Shown here: piece by piece, positions 30,393 through 41,737 of the stretch | Layout: the number at the start of each line of letters is the position of its first letter | How positions within the stretch are numbered: position 1 is the stretch's first letter | DNA from: an uncultured Planctomycetota bacterium | GTDB taxonomy: Bacteria > Planctomycetota > Planctomycetia > Pirellulales > Lacipirellulaceae | Direction of reading: 5' to 3' | NCBI GenBank assembly: GCA_963719315.1 | Contig: CAVRBU010000013.1 | Coordinates: 83,420 to 147,419 of the forward strand | DNA: 64,000 bases | Program-made: the position numbers and the translations under genes | The notes under the pieces: generated by a model | What the model saw: the letters and a program-made list of their open reading frames with translations, nothing else | Told to the model about the DNA's origin: nothing | The model's database searches: none

Positions 30393-32018
30393 GTGCTCTT
30401 TTCGCACTGGCCAATTCGCCGAAAGCTGCAACTTGGGCTGGGGCTGCTCGCAGCTTCGGTCCTCGCGCTTTTCGGCAGCGCAGCGTATGGCTTGTACGCC
30501 TACCGCGGGCTGGTGAAAAGCGTTAGCGTGCGCTCGGCCGAGCTTCCGCTGGCCGACAAGCTTCGCGACGATGTCGCCGACTTGCATGAGATTCTCAAGC
30601 AAGTAGTCGATCGGCAGAATCTCGATGACACGTTCGGCGCCAAAACTGCCGATGGTTTCGGGCTACGGGAATCTTTTCGTGCAAAGCTCGACCTGTTCTG
30701 CCAGGCGCTTCGCAACTATCGCGAGCAATTGGATTCCAACCGGCTTCGCTCAGACATCTCGATCGGCGATGACAGCTTGGAACAAAAGACGCTGGCCAAG
30801 ATCGATCCGGTGCTCGCCCGCATCCAACAATATGACAGCGATGACAGCCCGGACTGGGTATTGGACAATAAGGAAGTAGTTAGCCAGTTGGGAGTGGATG
30901 TCAATCGGCTGCGGGATTTGGCTGCTGAGTTGCCGAGCTATTTGCATGATCGGTTCCGCCTCTTGGCGTCTGAGGTTCGCAACGAGTACCGCTTTGCCAT
31001 CGGCCTGGCGTGGACGACGGCGGCGATCACTACCATTTTGCTGATTGCCGCGGTTCAGTTGTTCCGCAAGTGGATCGCCGGACCGCTTTCCACGCTCGTG
31101 CAAGGTTCGCGCAAAGTCGCCGCCGGCCAATTCGACCACCGCATCCGTTTGGATAGCGACGATGAAATGCGCGAATTGGCCGAGTCGATGAACGCCATGA
31201 CGGCCCGATTTCAGGAGATTCGCGATGACCTGGATTGCCAGGTTCGCGAGCGTACTAAGCAAGTGGTTCGCAGCGAGCAATTGGCGAGCGTCGGATTTCT
31301 GGCCGCCGGCGTGGCCCACGAAATCAACAACCCGCTGGCATCGATCGCCATGTGCAGCGAGTCGCTCGAAAGCCGTTTGACCGAGTTGCTGAACGACGCC
31401 GGCGGCAAGCACGCCGCCGATCGCGAGGTTGTTCGCAATTATCTCGAGATGATCCAGAAGGAAGCCTTTCGCTGCAAACAGATAACCGAGAAGCTGCTGG
31501 ACTTCTCCCGCATGGGCGATCCCGAGCGACAAAATACGGATCTTCGCGAGCTGGCCGAGGGCGTGATCGACATGATTCGCCACCTGGGCAAGTATCAGAA
31601 CAAGAACGTGGTGCTCAGCGATGGCGGTCCGGTCATTGCAGAAATCTGCCCGCAAGAAATGAAGCAGGTCGTATTAAATCTCATCACGAACGCGCTCGAT
31701 AGCGTGGAGTCGGGCGGCACGGTCCAAATCGTGGTCGCTACTCGCGGCGCCGATGCAATTCTGATTGTCAAGGACGACGGCTGCGGCATGTCGGACGAAG
31801 TGATGCAGCACCTGTTCGAGCCGTTCTTTACGCGCCGCCGAGGAGGGCAGGGGACTGGCCTCGGCCTGTCGATTACGTATCGAATTGTCGAGGAGCACAA
31901 CGGCCAGATCGTGCCCCACAGCGATGGCCCCGGCAAAGGTTCGAAGTTCACTGTGTTGCTGCCCCTCCGTCATGCGGCAACTCGGCAACGGCAAAAGGCA
32001 GCATTGAGCGCCGCTTAA
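30393..32018 (+). CDS. HAMP-domain sensor histidine kinase
   Basis: Two TM helices, GVAHEINNPL, NLITNA, DDGCG, FEPFFT, GTGLGL. Confidence 0.95.
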   Translation: MLFSHWPIRRKLQLGLGLLAASVLALFGSAAYGLYAYRGLVKSVSVRSAELPLADKLRDDVADLHEILKQVVDRQNLDDTFGAKTADGFGLRESFRAKLDLFCQALRNYREQLDSNRLRSDISIGDDSLEQKTLAKIDPVLARIQQYDSDDSPDWVLDNKEVVSQLGVDVNRLRDLAAELPSYLHDRFRLLASEVRNEYRFAIGLAWTTAAITTILLIAAVQLFRKWIAGPLSTLVQGSRKVAAGQFDHRIRLDSDDEMRELAESMNAMTARFQEIRDDLDCQVRERTKQVVRSEQLASVGFLAAGVAHEINNPLASIAMCSESLESRLTELLNDAGGKHAADREVVRNYLEMIQKEAFRCKQITEKLLDFSRMGDPERQNTDLRELAEGVIDMIRHLGKYQNKNVVLSDGGPVIAEICPQEMKQVVLNLITNALDSVESGGTVQIVVATRGADAILIVKDDGCGMSDEVMQHLFEPFFTRRRGGQGTGLGLSITYRIVEEHNGQIVPHSDGPGKGSKFTVLLPLRHAATRQRQKAALSAA

Positions 32019-32066
32019 TCTCCAATTTGCAAATCTTTTCCCCGTCAAAACTGATGAGTTCACGCA

Positions 32067-33476
32067 ATGACTAACAGCAAATCGCCGACGAACGCCGAAA
32101 ATCACCACGAACCGAAAGGCCTTGCGATATTGTTCGCAGACGATGAGCGTTCCCTGCAAGAGCTGATGAAGCTCGAAATTCCACGGATGGGCCACCGCGT
32201 TACCGTGTGTCCAGACGGTCTTACGGCAGCGGCCGCACTGGAAAAGGACGCGTTCGACTGTTTGCTTGTAGACCTCGATATGCCGGGCCTGAATGGTATC
32301 GATGTTATCGCCAAGGCACGGGAACTTTGTCCGGACGCCGAAGCCGTTGTTCTCACAGGTAAGTCGTCGCTTGAAACGGCGATCGCCGCCCTCCGGCACG
32401 GCGCATTCGATTATCTCACGAAGCCCTGCAAGTTGGTCGAAATCGAAGCCCTCATGCGCCGCGTCCAGGATAAGCGGCGGCTGACGCAACAGTATCGCGC
32501 ACTCAAGCGACGGCTGGAACGCATCGAAGGCTCTCCACAATTAGTCGGCGCGTCGGCCGGCATGGACCGCGTCCGCACACTGATTTCGAAAGTCGCTCCG
32601 AAGCCATCGACCGTACTCATACTTGGCGAAACGGGCACAGGCAAGGAATTGGTCGCCCGAGCCGTTCACGATCAAAGTCCGCGCGCCAGTGAACCGTTTG
32701 TCGCGATTAACTGTGGCGCGTTGCCGGAATCGCTCATCGAAAGTGAACTATTTGGCCATAAGAAAGGCGCGTTCACAGGCGCCGACGAACACCGAATTGG
32801 TCTGTTCGAAGTGGCGAACGGCGGTACTATCTTTCTCGATGAAATCGGTGAGCTGCCCAAGACGATGCAGGCCAAATTGCTTCGCGTGCTCGAAAGCCGC
32901 GAGATTCGTCGCGTGGGCGAGAATCGGGCCACTACAGTGGATGTCCGCGTCGTGTGTGCGACGCATCGCGATCTGCCGGAAATGGTGGCGACCGGCGACT
33001 TTCGTGAAGATCTCATGTATCGTATCAACACGTTCGAGATATTCCTGCCGCCGCTGCGCGATCGGATGGAAGATATTGCCGAATTGGCCGAGCATTTGCT
33101 CAATCGGTTCCGTGGCAAAGCAAGCGCAGGCAAGCGGCACATTACCGATGATGCAATCGAGTTGTTGAGATCGCATGTGTGGCCCGGCAATGTCCGCGAA
33201 TTGGCCAATGTTATCGAACACGCCACGATACTTTGTGACGATGGCCCAATCACGGCAGACTACTTGCCGGCCCAATTCAACCGCCGTCAATTAACCGGAG
33301 CAGCCGCGAACAACCCTGGCCCGATCTCGCTCCGCGACCTCGAAATGCAGGCGATCTACCAAGCTCTGGAGCGTAACTCTGGCAACAAGCCAAAAGCGGC
33401 CGATGAGCTCGGTATCAGCCTCAAGACGCTGTACAACAAGCTCAACACCGCTAGTGAGCTGGAAAAATCGGCGTAG
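32067..33476 (+). CDS. Sigma-54-dependent response regulator (NtrC family)
   Basis: Receiver domain, [22 protein letters not shown], Fis-type HTH. Confidence 0.96.
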   Translation: MTNSKSPTNAENHHEPKGLAILFADDERSLQELMKLEIPRMGHRVTVCPDGLTAAAALEKDAFDCLLVDLDMPGLNGIDVIAKARELCPDAEAVVLTGKSSLETAIAALRHGAFDYLTKPCKLVEIEALMRRVQDKRRLTQQYRALKRRLERIEGSPQLVGASAGMDRVRTLISKVAPKPSTVLILGETGTGKELVARAVHDQSPRASEPFVAINCGALPESLIESELFGHKKGAFTGADEHRIGLFEVANGGTIFLDEIGELPKTMQAKLLRVLESREIRRVGENRATTVDVRVVCATHRDLPEMVATGDFREDLMYRINTFEIFLPPLRDRMEDIAELAEHLLNRFRGKASAGKRHITDDAIELLRSHVWPGNVRELANVIEHATILCDDGPITADYLPAQFNRRQLTGAAANNPGPISLRDLEMQAIYQALERNSGNKPKAADELGISLKTLYNKLNTASELEKSA

Positions 33477-33531
33477 CGTGGCCGGCTCGCCCGCGAGTCG
33501 AATTCCTATCGCGGAGCGAGAGGCCCACGCT
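33475..33531. repeat. REP-like palindrome, family R (intergenic copy)
   Basis: AGCGTGGCC..CGCGAGTCGAATTCC..TCGCGGAGCGAGAGGCCCACGCT; reverse complement aligns to the ruvC insert. Confidence 0.6.
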
Positions 33532-33826
33532 GCCCACAAATCCGCTATAACGTGCACCACCAGCACGATTAGGTTCTAAGCAACCGCACGGCGGCACTCT
33601 GCCCCTGTGTCGCCGGCCATACCACATGCAACGGCCCCGAGCGCGATCTAAACTTCTATTGTCGGCGGTTATGGCCGCACTTTGGGACCATTGCGCCCAC
33701 GGCATTCGATGACAACCACATGGAGACCAATCAGTTGGCCTGTTTTGAACCGGCTCAACTCTGCACGCTGCGCTTGACTAAAGCCGATGCAGCGGCTGGA
33801 ACCTGATTTGAGGGAGAGTTTGTCGA

Positions 33827-34228
33827 ATGGCGGATATCAGCCATGACCGAGGCTTGATGGAACTCGCTTGGGACAAGGTGGAGCTCAAGCCCAACTTGCC
33901 CGACGAGATGAATGACTTTTTCGATCAACACGGCACGCTCCAATCGCGGCCGGGGTGCCGCCGCGCGTACCTGCGCTTTTACTTACGGAGTAAAGCCATT
34001 CTGCAAAGGCAGGACGAGTATCTGGGCGTGTACACGGCCGACGCCTCGCGGCAAGGGGTTTGCTTCCTCTCGCCTGTGCAATTGCTTCCCAAAGAACGCT
34101 GCCGCATTCGCTTGCCGAAGACCAAAGATTTTCAGATCGAAATAGTTCGCTGCCGCCGAATCGCCAACGGCTGTTACGAGTGCGGCGCGATGTTTGTATT
34201 GGGAACGGCGCCAACCCTTGTGAACTAA
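33827..34228 (+). CDS. PilZ-like domain protein
   Basis: RRAYLR, DASRQG, EIVRCRR...YECGAMF. Confidence 0.7.
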   Translation: MADISHDRGLMELAWDKVELKPNLPDEMNDFFDQHGTLQSRPGCRRAYLRFYLRSKAILQRQDEYLGVYTADASRQGVCFLSPVQLLPKERCRIRLPKTKDFQIEIVRCRRIANGCYECGAMFVLGTAPTLVN

Positions 34229-34447
34229 AGTAAATCGTTTAGGTGGCCGCGGTCAAAACGGAGTCAATAGTTGCCATTCATTTGCGATTTTGCGAGCAAA
34301 GTCGTAAGCTCGATTTACTATCCGTGCCGCTCATCGGGTTGATACCTACCCTGGGTATGTACTCATGACCGACTGGACGAAGAAGCAAGGAAAAATGCGA
34401 GAAGGAGTGCTTCTTTGCCTCTCCTTTCCTTGCGTTGTGGTGAAGTT

Positions 34448-35431
34448 TTACTCGTCCGTCACCACCTGATCGTAGAACTTGACATAGTCGTCTTTTTCTT
34501 TGCTGGCCCGAAACTGCATCGCAGCGCGGGGGTGCAAGTTCAACTGGCCCGTAATGTTGTACGGCACGAAGGGCCCCCATTCCACGGTGGATTTCAGAGG
34601 TTCGATGTGGTCCTGCAGCAAGGCGATGATCGGCCGCAACCGAAACTTCGGATTCCGCAAAAAGCCCAGCAGCAGTTCCATGTGACAGTTGCCGGCCCCG
34701 CGGCCCAAGCCACCCATGGTGGCATCCACTCGATTTGCTCCCAGGATGATCGCTTCGATTGTGTTCGCGAACGCGAGTTGCAAGTTGTTGTGGGCATGCA
34801 TCCCGATTTCTTTGCCAGTACCGGACATCGCGTTCGAGTACTTGCCGTACAACCGGTCAATCTGCTCTCGATATAAATTTCCAAAGCTATCGACAATCAC
34901 CATCACCTGCGCGTGCGTTTTCGCAATTTCGGCCAGCACGGTGTCGATCTCTACCTCTTGGATGCTCGAGATGGCCATTAGATTGGCAGTTGTTTCATAG
35001 CCGAGCTCGTGGCAGTGCTCGATCATTTCCAACGCTTCCGAAAGCTGGTGGGCATAAAATGCCACGCGAATCATATCCAGCTTGCTTTGCGCACGCGGCG
35101 CGATTTGCTCGCGCCAATCGCACTTGCCGGCGTCGGCCATGCAGGCCAGCTTAAGTCCTGTCTTGTCGGCGTCGTGGCCCTCGAATACTTTGTCCAGCAC
35201 TTCCTCATCGCAGAACCGCCACGCTCCGAATTCGCTTCGCGAATGTTGTCGCGGAGAGCCCTTGTAACCGACCTCCATGTAATCGACGCCGGCCTCGACG
35301 CAGGCTTCGTAAACGGCACGGACCAGCTTCTCGCTGAACTGGTGGTTGTTGATCAAGCCGCCGTCGCGAAGCGTGCAATCCAGCACTTTCAATTCGGGGC
35401 GATACGTAATCCAAGGGGCAGTTTCTGGCAT
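34448..35431 (-). CDS. DRE-TIM metallolyase (HMGL-like aldolase catalytic domain)
   Basis: LDCTLRDGG, VDSFG, HAHNNLQLAFAN, GLGRGAGN. Confidence 0.9.
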   Translation of the reverse strand: MPETAPWITYRPELKVLDCTLRDGGLINNHQFSEKLVRAVYEACVEAGVDYMEVGYKGSPRQHSRSEFGAWRFCDEEVLDKVFEGHDADKTGLKLACMADAGKCDWREQIAPRAQSKLDMIRVAFYAHQLSEALEMIEHCHELGYETTANLMAISSIQEVEIDTVLAEIAKTHAQVMVIVDSFGNLYREQIDRLYGKYSNAMSGTGKEIGMHAHNNLQLAFANTIEAIILGANRVDATMGGLGRGAGNCHMELLLGFLRNPKFRLRPIIALLQDHIEPLKSTVEWGPFVPYNITGQLNLHPRAAMQFRASKEKDDYVKFYDQVVTDE

Positions 35432-35643
35432 GTTGGCGACCTTCAAACACTCTGAATTGATAACAGGGATGCAGCTATAGCATCGTTGTAAAAGGATAGC
35501 ATAGTCGTGGGGAAGGCGTCTCGCTCGGCAAGACGCAATTTCCGGTCGCAGAGCGAGTGGATTTCACTTACGCGGCTTGCCATGATCGGGTCATTGGGTC
35601 ATCCTGAAGGAGCGAGATTTCCCCGAAACTTAAGCACTTCACC

Positions 35644-36945
35644 ATGACCAATTCTGTTTCATTCGGACGTGGACTCTGCCGGATTAGCTTCTTTGCTATT
35701 CTCGCGTATCTGATTGGCGTCAGCGCAGCTAACGCCAGCGAGCCTCTGGCCACTGCCGGCAAGAAGGGCATTGTCGCCGAGGCACCGAAAACTGGCCGAT
35801 CGATCAAAATAGACGGCGGCTACATGATTCCGTACACGGAAAAAATTCCGGGAACAGAAGTCTCTTTTGAAATGATCCCCATTCCCAGCGGCGAGTTTCT
35901 CCTGGGCAGCCCGGCCAGCGAAGCCGACCGCAACGAGGACGAAGGCCCACAAGTCCGCGTGAAGGTCGAGCCTTTTTGGATCGGCAAGTGCGAGGTCACC
36001 TGGGGCGAGTATCGCTCGTTTATGGCCATGTACGATGCTTTCAAGAAGATGCAACGCATCGCAGCGAACGCTGTCACTGAGGCAGGCGAGCCCGCCGACA
36101 AAGACTTGCGGCTCGTCCGAACGCATGCTTGGAACGATAAGCTGGCAACCGATTGGAACGTTGATGCCGTGACATCGCCGACGCCGTTGTACGATTCGTC
36201 GTTCACGTACGGCGTCGGTGAGCAGCCGACACAGCCCGCCGTCACGATTACGTCGTATGCCGCCCGGCAATATACGAAGTGGCTCAGCGGCATCCTCGGC
36301 CAGAACTATCGGTTGCCGAGCGAGGCGGAGTGGGAGTATGCCGCCCGGGCCGGCACAACGACGCCTTGGTCGTTCGGCGACGACTCCGGCGAATTGGAGA
36401 AATACGCCTGGATCGAAAGCAACGGCGATTACCAGACGCATCCGGTCGGCACGAAACAGCCCAACCCGTGGGACCTGTACGATATGCACGGCAACGTCGC
36501 CGAATGGACGCTTGATCAATACTATCCGGACGCTTACGCGAAGCTTGGCGTGGGTCCCGTCGATGCAAGGGCAGCGGTCCGCTGGCCGACAAAGCTCTTT
36601 CCGCGCGTGATTCGCGGCGGAAGCTGGCTGGAGCCCGCTGCCATGAGTCGCAGCGCCGCGCGGCAGAAATCGGAAGATCGGGAATGGAAGCTATCCGACC
36701 CGAACATCCCGTTAAGCCCGTGGTGGTTCACCGAAGAACCGGCGACCGCTGTCGGCATGCGCGTCATGCGTCCACTCAAACCTCTCACGGCCGAAGAAAA
36801 GAAGCGCGCGTGGGAAGCCGACATTGACGATGTGCGACAGGACGTGAAGGATCGTCTACGCGAAGGTCGGGGCGCGCTTGGCGTGGCTGATGAGAGTCTT
36901 CCCGCGGCGGTCGAAGCGGCCGAGAAGCTTAACAAAGGTTCCTAG
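35644..36945 (+). CDS. Formylglycine-generating enzyme family (SUMF1/FGE-sulfatase domain) protein, exported
   Basis: DEGPQ, CEVTW, YRLPSEAEWEYAARAG, YDMHGNVAEW, RGGSW. Confidence 0.92.
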   Translation: MTNSVSFGRGLCRISFFAILAYLIGVSAANASEPLATAGKKGIVAEAPKTGRSIKIDGGYMIPYTEKIPGTEVSFEMIPIPSGEFLLGSPASEADRNEDEGPQVRVKVEPFWIGKCEVTWGEYRSFMAMYDAFKKMQRIAANAVTEAGEPADKDLRLVRTHAWNDKLATDWNVDAVTSPTPLYDSSFTYGVGEQPTQPAVTITSYAARQYTKWLSGILGQNYRLPSEAEWEYAARAGTTTPWSFGDDSGELEKYAWIESNGDYQTHPVGTKQPNPWDLYDMHGNVAEWTLDQYYPDAYAKLGVGPVDARAAVRWPTKLFPRVIRGGSWLEPAAMSRSAARQKSEDREWKLSDPNIPLSPWWFTEEPATAVGMRVMRPLKPLTAEEKKRAWEADIDDVRQDVKDRLREGRGALGVADESLPAAVEAAEKLNKGS

Positions 36946-37085
36946 CCATTCTGTTGACAAAGCGCGTTGTCCGACAATTTGGCCTGCCTGCATTCTTTCG
37001 CCAGTTTGAGACGAGTTGCGTACAATACTAGCGGTTCGTAGCGCTTTGTTCGTCATTCGTATGTTAAATCTTGATCGAGGAGCCG

Positions 37086-37466
37086 ATGGCCGAGAATGGA
37101 ACTCCGCCGATAAGAATCGCCGTAGCCGAAGACGAGCCCGACGTTCGCAAAACATTTGTGCGCCTGCTTGAGTGCATGGGCCACAAGGTTGTTTGTGCGG
37201 TTGGCAACGGTCAGGAATTGATCAACCAATGCGGGCAGATCGAGGTCGATATCGCGTTCGTTGATCTCGATATGCCGGTCGTAGATGGTCTGGCCGCCGC
37301 CGAGGCCGTGTCGGAGAAGGGAATTCCCGTCATCCTGGTTTCTGGCCATCCCGACGCGCGACAAGTCGTGGTGGAGAACGAGCCGGTAGTCGCCCGGATA
37401 GCGAAGCCCGCCACGGTTGATGAGTTGCAGCGCGCCATCAAGAAAGCGCTCCCGAGCAGAATTTAA
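37086..37466 (+). CDS. Single-domain response regulator
   Basis: VAEDE, VDLDMPVVDG, ILVSGH, KP. Confidence 0.88.
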   Translation: MAENGTPPIRIAVAEDEPDVRKTFVRLLECMGHKVVCAVGNGQELINQCGQIEVDIAFVDLDMPVVDGLAAAEAVSEKGIPVILVSGHPDARQVVVENEPVVARIAKPATVDELQRAIKKALPSRI

Positions 37467-38012
37467 ATGAAATGACCGCAAGCGAGATCGGCCCTGCTTG
37501 GTAGTCTTTCGGTACGCATCGCGGTGATGGCCAGCAGAATCGGGCGGTAAGTGCGTTCGAGCATTCTGCGTTCCGCGGTTGTGTCGTAGCTATTCGGCGA
37601 GTCAAATAATCTATTGCGCCGTCTTCGCTAGCCCGGGCATTTCATTGCGAGGCGCTCTTTCCCGATCACGAAGGCAGCGTGCGAGTGCCGGAAGCGCCTG
37701 GTCTGGGAGTCACGCCGGAGTTGGATAAGATTCGGCCCTATTTGAAGAGTGTAGAGATAAAAGTCGAAGGCCGAGTGGTGTTTAGGTCCTCGGAGCTATG
37801 AATTCACTATGCCGAAGACAACCCAAATAAAGTTGATGTCCGACCGACGACTTTTTCTGCTATCTGATTGGCGCCGTGTAAACCGGTGCCAACCATGTTG
37901 TTCCCAGCATGCACGAATGGTAGCGAGTCATGAAAACTTGTTGTCTGCCGTACATCGTGTTCGTAGCGTTGTTGCTCGCCGGCACTGCCAAGGCGGCCGT
38001 TCGGGCCGGTAA

Positions 38013-38414
38013 GTGATCGAATCCATGTTGAGTGTTCTTGCCATGCCCGATCACACCTGGCCGGACGGGATCGATCTGGCCGCGACCGCTCTATATCTCG
38101 GGCTGGTGTTGGGGATCGTCGTCGCGGGCTACACCTGCATGGTGCTCGACTTCCGCGTGTATCTGCGCTCGCTACGCCGGGCCCTCGTGCTGATCAGTCA
38201 ATATCGGGTTGAACTGCCGGCGTGGGTCTATCGCGACACGCCGCGGTGCATTCAGGCATTGGGGCTGACGTTGCCATGCACGACGGATGAGGTGCTGACC
38301 GCGTATCGCCGGAAAGTGAAAGTGCTCCACCCAGACCGCGGCGGCGACCGCCGGCAATTCCTGCGCTTGCAGCAACATTTCGAGCAGGCGATGGCGCTGG
38401 TGGCCAAGGAGTAG
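38013..38414 (+). CDS. Membrane-anchored J-domain protein
   Basis: TM helix then AYRRKVKVLHPDRGGD. Confidence 0.85.
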   Translation: MIESMLSVLAMPDHTWPDGIDLAATALYLGLVLGIVVAGYTCMVLDFRVYLRSLRRALVLISQYRVELPAWVYRDTPRCIQALGLTLPCTTDEVLTAYRRKVKVLHPDRGGDRRQFLRLQQHFEQAMALVAKE

Positions 38415-38516
38415 GAATTGCCGAACCAGCCGCGCGGACGGGGAACGAGCGACCTGCTTTCGACAGTCGGGCGCCGTTCCGTGCAAAAATATTCGCGGTT
38501 CTCTCGAGCGGCGTGC

Positions 38517-39024
38517 AGTTTTGCGCGAAGCGCTTTGCGCACTGGAAGTCGCAAGTCGTTGGGCGGCAAGAGAGTACGATTGTGCGGACGCGTGGAAATT
38601 TTTTTTCGCGTGCAAAAGTCCTCCTTTTTGCGCAGCGCGCGGGCGGTGAACTGCTGGAAATCCAGTGGTTGGAGCGTGCTCGGGACGTGCAATACTAGGC
38701 GAGTTTGCTCTCTAAAATGCCGTTTTCTGGCAGGATTTAGCGGTTCGCCAGAGCGGTCGAGCCCCTAAAACGACGCGATTTTCGCGGCGTTTTGCGCTGT
38801 TCCGGCCCTTCGGCCAGCTTTGGGCAAAAAGGGGCGGGCGGGCGGGAGACTGTTTTTTTCCGCCGATGAACGCAGATGCGCAGATTCCAACGCGCGGCAA
38901 GGGTACCGCCATCGTGTCAGGCACAGCCTGCCCTACTTGATTTTCAATGAGCGAACGCCGTCGCTATGCAGCGTGGCAGGACTTTACCATTTTCACGCCT
39001 GCGATTCCACACTTTTTATTGGCC
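38517..39024 (-). ncRNA. Candidate non-coding RNA/element, copy 2
   Basis: Homologous to 9582-10058; TGGAAT-N17-TAAAGT at 39009-38981; GCTCATTGAAAA at 38952-38941. Confidence 0.45.
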
Positions 39025-39177
39025 ACCTACAGATTCATCCGATTCGTTCTGAAGTCGGTCATTTGCGGGGCTGCTGGCAGGGGCTGCGCCCTTTTTTGTG
39101 CCACTGCGGCCAAGGTGCTGAACCTGGAATCGCTGCTGCTACGCCGCGGTACGCCGCAAATCGAAAATAGTTCTGAC

Positions 39178-40171
39178 CTGCTCAGTAGAAAACCTAGGTG
39201 TTGTCTGAGAATCGAGATGTTGTGAGTGAGTGTTTTGAGGAGCAGGAGTCGGCAGCGGCGCCAGTGGGTGCGGGCGTTGACGACTTCTCCCGAGAGACGT
39301 TTGATCATCGAGTAGACGGTTTCCACCTGCCAACGTTGTCCATAACGACTTTCGTGCAAATGACGTTTCATCTGCTTTCGATAGCGGCCCACGGGTTCCC
39401 CGGCCGGCGGTCGGCCGTGCTCGGCGGGGATCAGGGACTGAATCCCCAGTTCGTCGCGGGCCAACACGTGGTTGGCTTCGCTGTCGAAGCCGGCGTCCGC
39501 CGCGACCGCCTTCACTCCGGTGCGAGCCTGCGCTTCGACGACGAGCGGGCGGAAATCGCCGAAGTCGGGCCGCGGTCCCTGGCTAGCCCGGGCCGCCAGG
39601 CAGAAATGACTCGTCGTGTCGCAGACCACGCCCAGCTTGGGGTAGCGGCGATAGGAGACGGCGCACGTTCGTCCGTGTTTTCCCACCTTTTTTCGACGCC
39701 AGGCATAGTAGCGACTGGTGTGCCGCGCTTCGAAGCCGCTGGTGTCGATGGCTGCCAATCGCACGGAGCGGCGGAGCAGCTTGGCCTTCCGTGCCCGCTG
39801 GACCGTGGCCGTGATCAGCCGTTGAAACGACTTCTTCACCAACAACCGATCGGCCGACTTTTGCAGCGTCGTGAAGTGGGGCACCTTTTCCAGGCCGATC
39901 GCTTCGCACAGCGAATCGCTGTCCGCCAACAGGCCAACGGTGCCCCGATAGGTCAGGTTGTAAAAATCCTTGAGCACCAGACAGGCAAACAGTTGATGCT
40001 GCGTGAAGACCCGTGGGCTGAACCGATGCGAGTACCGCGGCAGCGAAGCCTGGGCCACGGCCAGTGCCTCGACCAACACGCGCTTCGGACTCTTGCTCGT
40101 CTTCATCCACCGTCATACGAACCAACACACACCGATGTTTAGCTAGCATTCAGACGTTTTCTACTGAGCAG
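39178..40171 (-). mobile_element. 994-bp IS (IS5-like DDE transposase), copy A
   Basis: TIR CTGCTCAGTAGAAAAC, flanked by TTCTGAC on both sides; transposase with AIDTSG, ADAGFD, RWQVET. Confidence 0.93.
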
Positions 40172-40183
40172 TTCTGACCCCTT

Positions 40184-40735
40184 TTCTGTCCTGACGCTGG
40201 TGACGACGTTGTTGGATGCCGAGCTTTATCCGCTGGAGGAGCTGGCAGCCCTCTATGGGCGGCGTTGTTCTGTCCTGACGCTGGTGACGACGTTGTTGGA
40301 TGCCGAGCTTTATCCGCTGGAGGAGCTGGCAGCCCTCTATGGGCGGCGTTGGGAAGTGGAAACCAACTTCGCGCATCTCAAGACCACGATGCGGATGGAC
40401 GTTTTGCACTGCCAGACGGTCCAGGGCGTGTTGAAAGAATTCATCATGTTCGCGCTGGTCTATAATCTGGCGCGGCTGGTGATGTTAGCCGCGGCCAGGG
40501 AACAACATGTTCCCCCTGGGCGTCTCAGCTTCGTCGACGCCTTGCGTTGGCTGGCTGCGGCATGCGAGCATCAAACGGAGTTGGAACTACTCGTCAATCC
40601 CCACCGCCCCGGTCGCTTCGAACCTCGCGTCAAGAAGCGCCGCCCCAAACAATACGGCCTCATGAGACAACCACGATGCCAGCTTCGTCAACAACTTGCC
40701 ACGCAAAAACTTCCAGCTTAAGTTGATGCCATTCC
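40184..40735 (+). pseudogene. IS4-family transposase 3' remnant with an 84-bp tandem duplication
   Basis: LVTTLLD..LYGRRWEVETNFAHLKTTM, RPGRFEPRVKKRRPK; probable IS end TTAAGTTGATGCCATTC. Confidence 0.82.
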
Positions 40736-40743
40736 GTTCTGAC

Positions 40744-41737
40744 CTGCTCAGTAGAAAACGTCTGAATGCTAGCTAAACATCGGTGTGTGTTGGTTCGTAT
40801 GACGGTGGATGAAGACGAGCAAGAGTCCGAAGCGCGTGTTGGTCGAGGCACTGGCCGTGGCCCAGGCTTCGCTGCCGCGGTACTCGCATCGGTTCAGCCC
40901 ACGGGTCTTCACGCAGCATCAACTGTTTGCCTGTCTGGTGCTCAAGGATTTTTACAACCTGACCTATCGGGGCACCGTTGGCCTGTTGGCGGACAGCGAT
41001 TCGCTGTGCGAAGCGATCGGCCTGGAAAAGGTGCCCCACTTCACGACGCTGCAAAAGTCGGCCGATCGGTTGTTGGTGAAGAAGTCGTTTCAACGGCTGA
41101 TCACGGCCACGGTCCAGCGGGCACGGAAGGCCAAGCTGCTCCGCCGCTCCGTGCGATTGGCAGCCATCGACACCAGCGGCTTCGAAGCGCGGCACACCAG
41201 TCGCTACTATGCCTGGCGTCGAAAAAAGGTGGGAAAACACGGACGAACGTGCGCCGTCTCCTATCGCCGCTACCCCAAGCTGGGCGTGGTCTGCGACACG
41301 ACGAGTCATTTCTGCCTGGCGGCCCGGGCTAGCCAGGGACCGCGGCCCGACTTCGGCGATTTCCGCCCGCTCGTCGTCGAAGCGCAGGCTCGCACCGGAG
41401 TGAAGGCGGTCGCGGCGGACGCCGGCTTCGACAGCGAAGCCAACCACGTGTTGGCCCGCGACGAACTGGGGATTCAGTCCCTGATCCCCGCCGAGCACGG
41501 CCGACCGCCGGCCGGGGAACCCGTGGGCCGCTATCGAAAGCAGATGAAACGTCATTTGCACGAAAGTCGTTATGGACAACGTTGGCAGGTGGAAACCGTC
41601 TACTCGATGATCAAACGTCTCTCGGGAGAAGTCGTCAACGCCCGCACCCACTGGCGCCGCTGCCGACTCCTGCTCCTCAAAACACTCACTCACAACATCT
41701 CGATTCTCAGACAACACCTAGGTTTTCTACTGAGCAG
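40744..41737 (+). mobile_element. 994-bp IS, copy B
   Basis: Same sequence as copy A; transposase 40809-41753; flanks TTCTGAC / GTCGGAC. Confidence 0.93.

Noticed and set aside
37042..37069. dif-like site (GTATGTTAAAT resembles the XerD arm)
   Set aside because: No credible XerC arm at 6-bp spacing; it lies in an ordinary promoter region
37930..38016. 28-aa signal-peptide-like ORF MKTCCLPYIVFVALLLAGTAKAAVRAGK
   Set aside because: Too short to support; possibly a gene remnant
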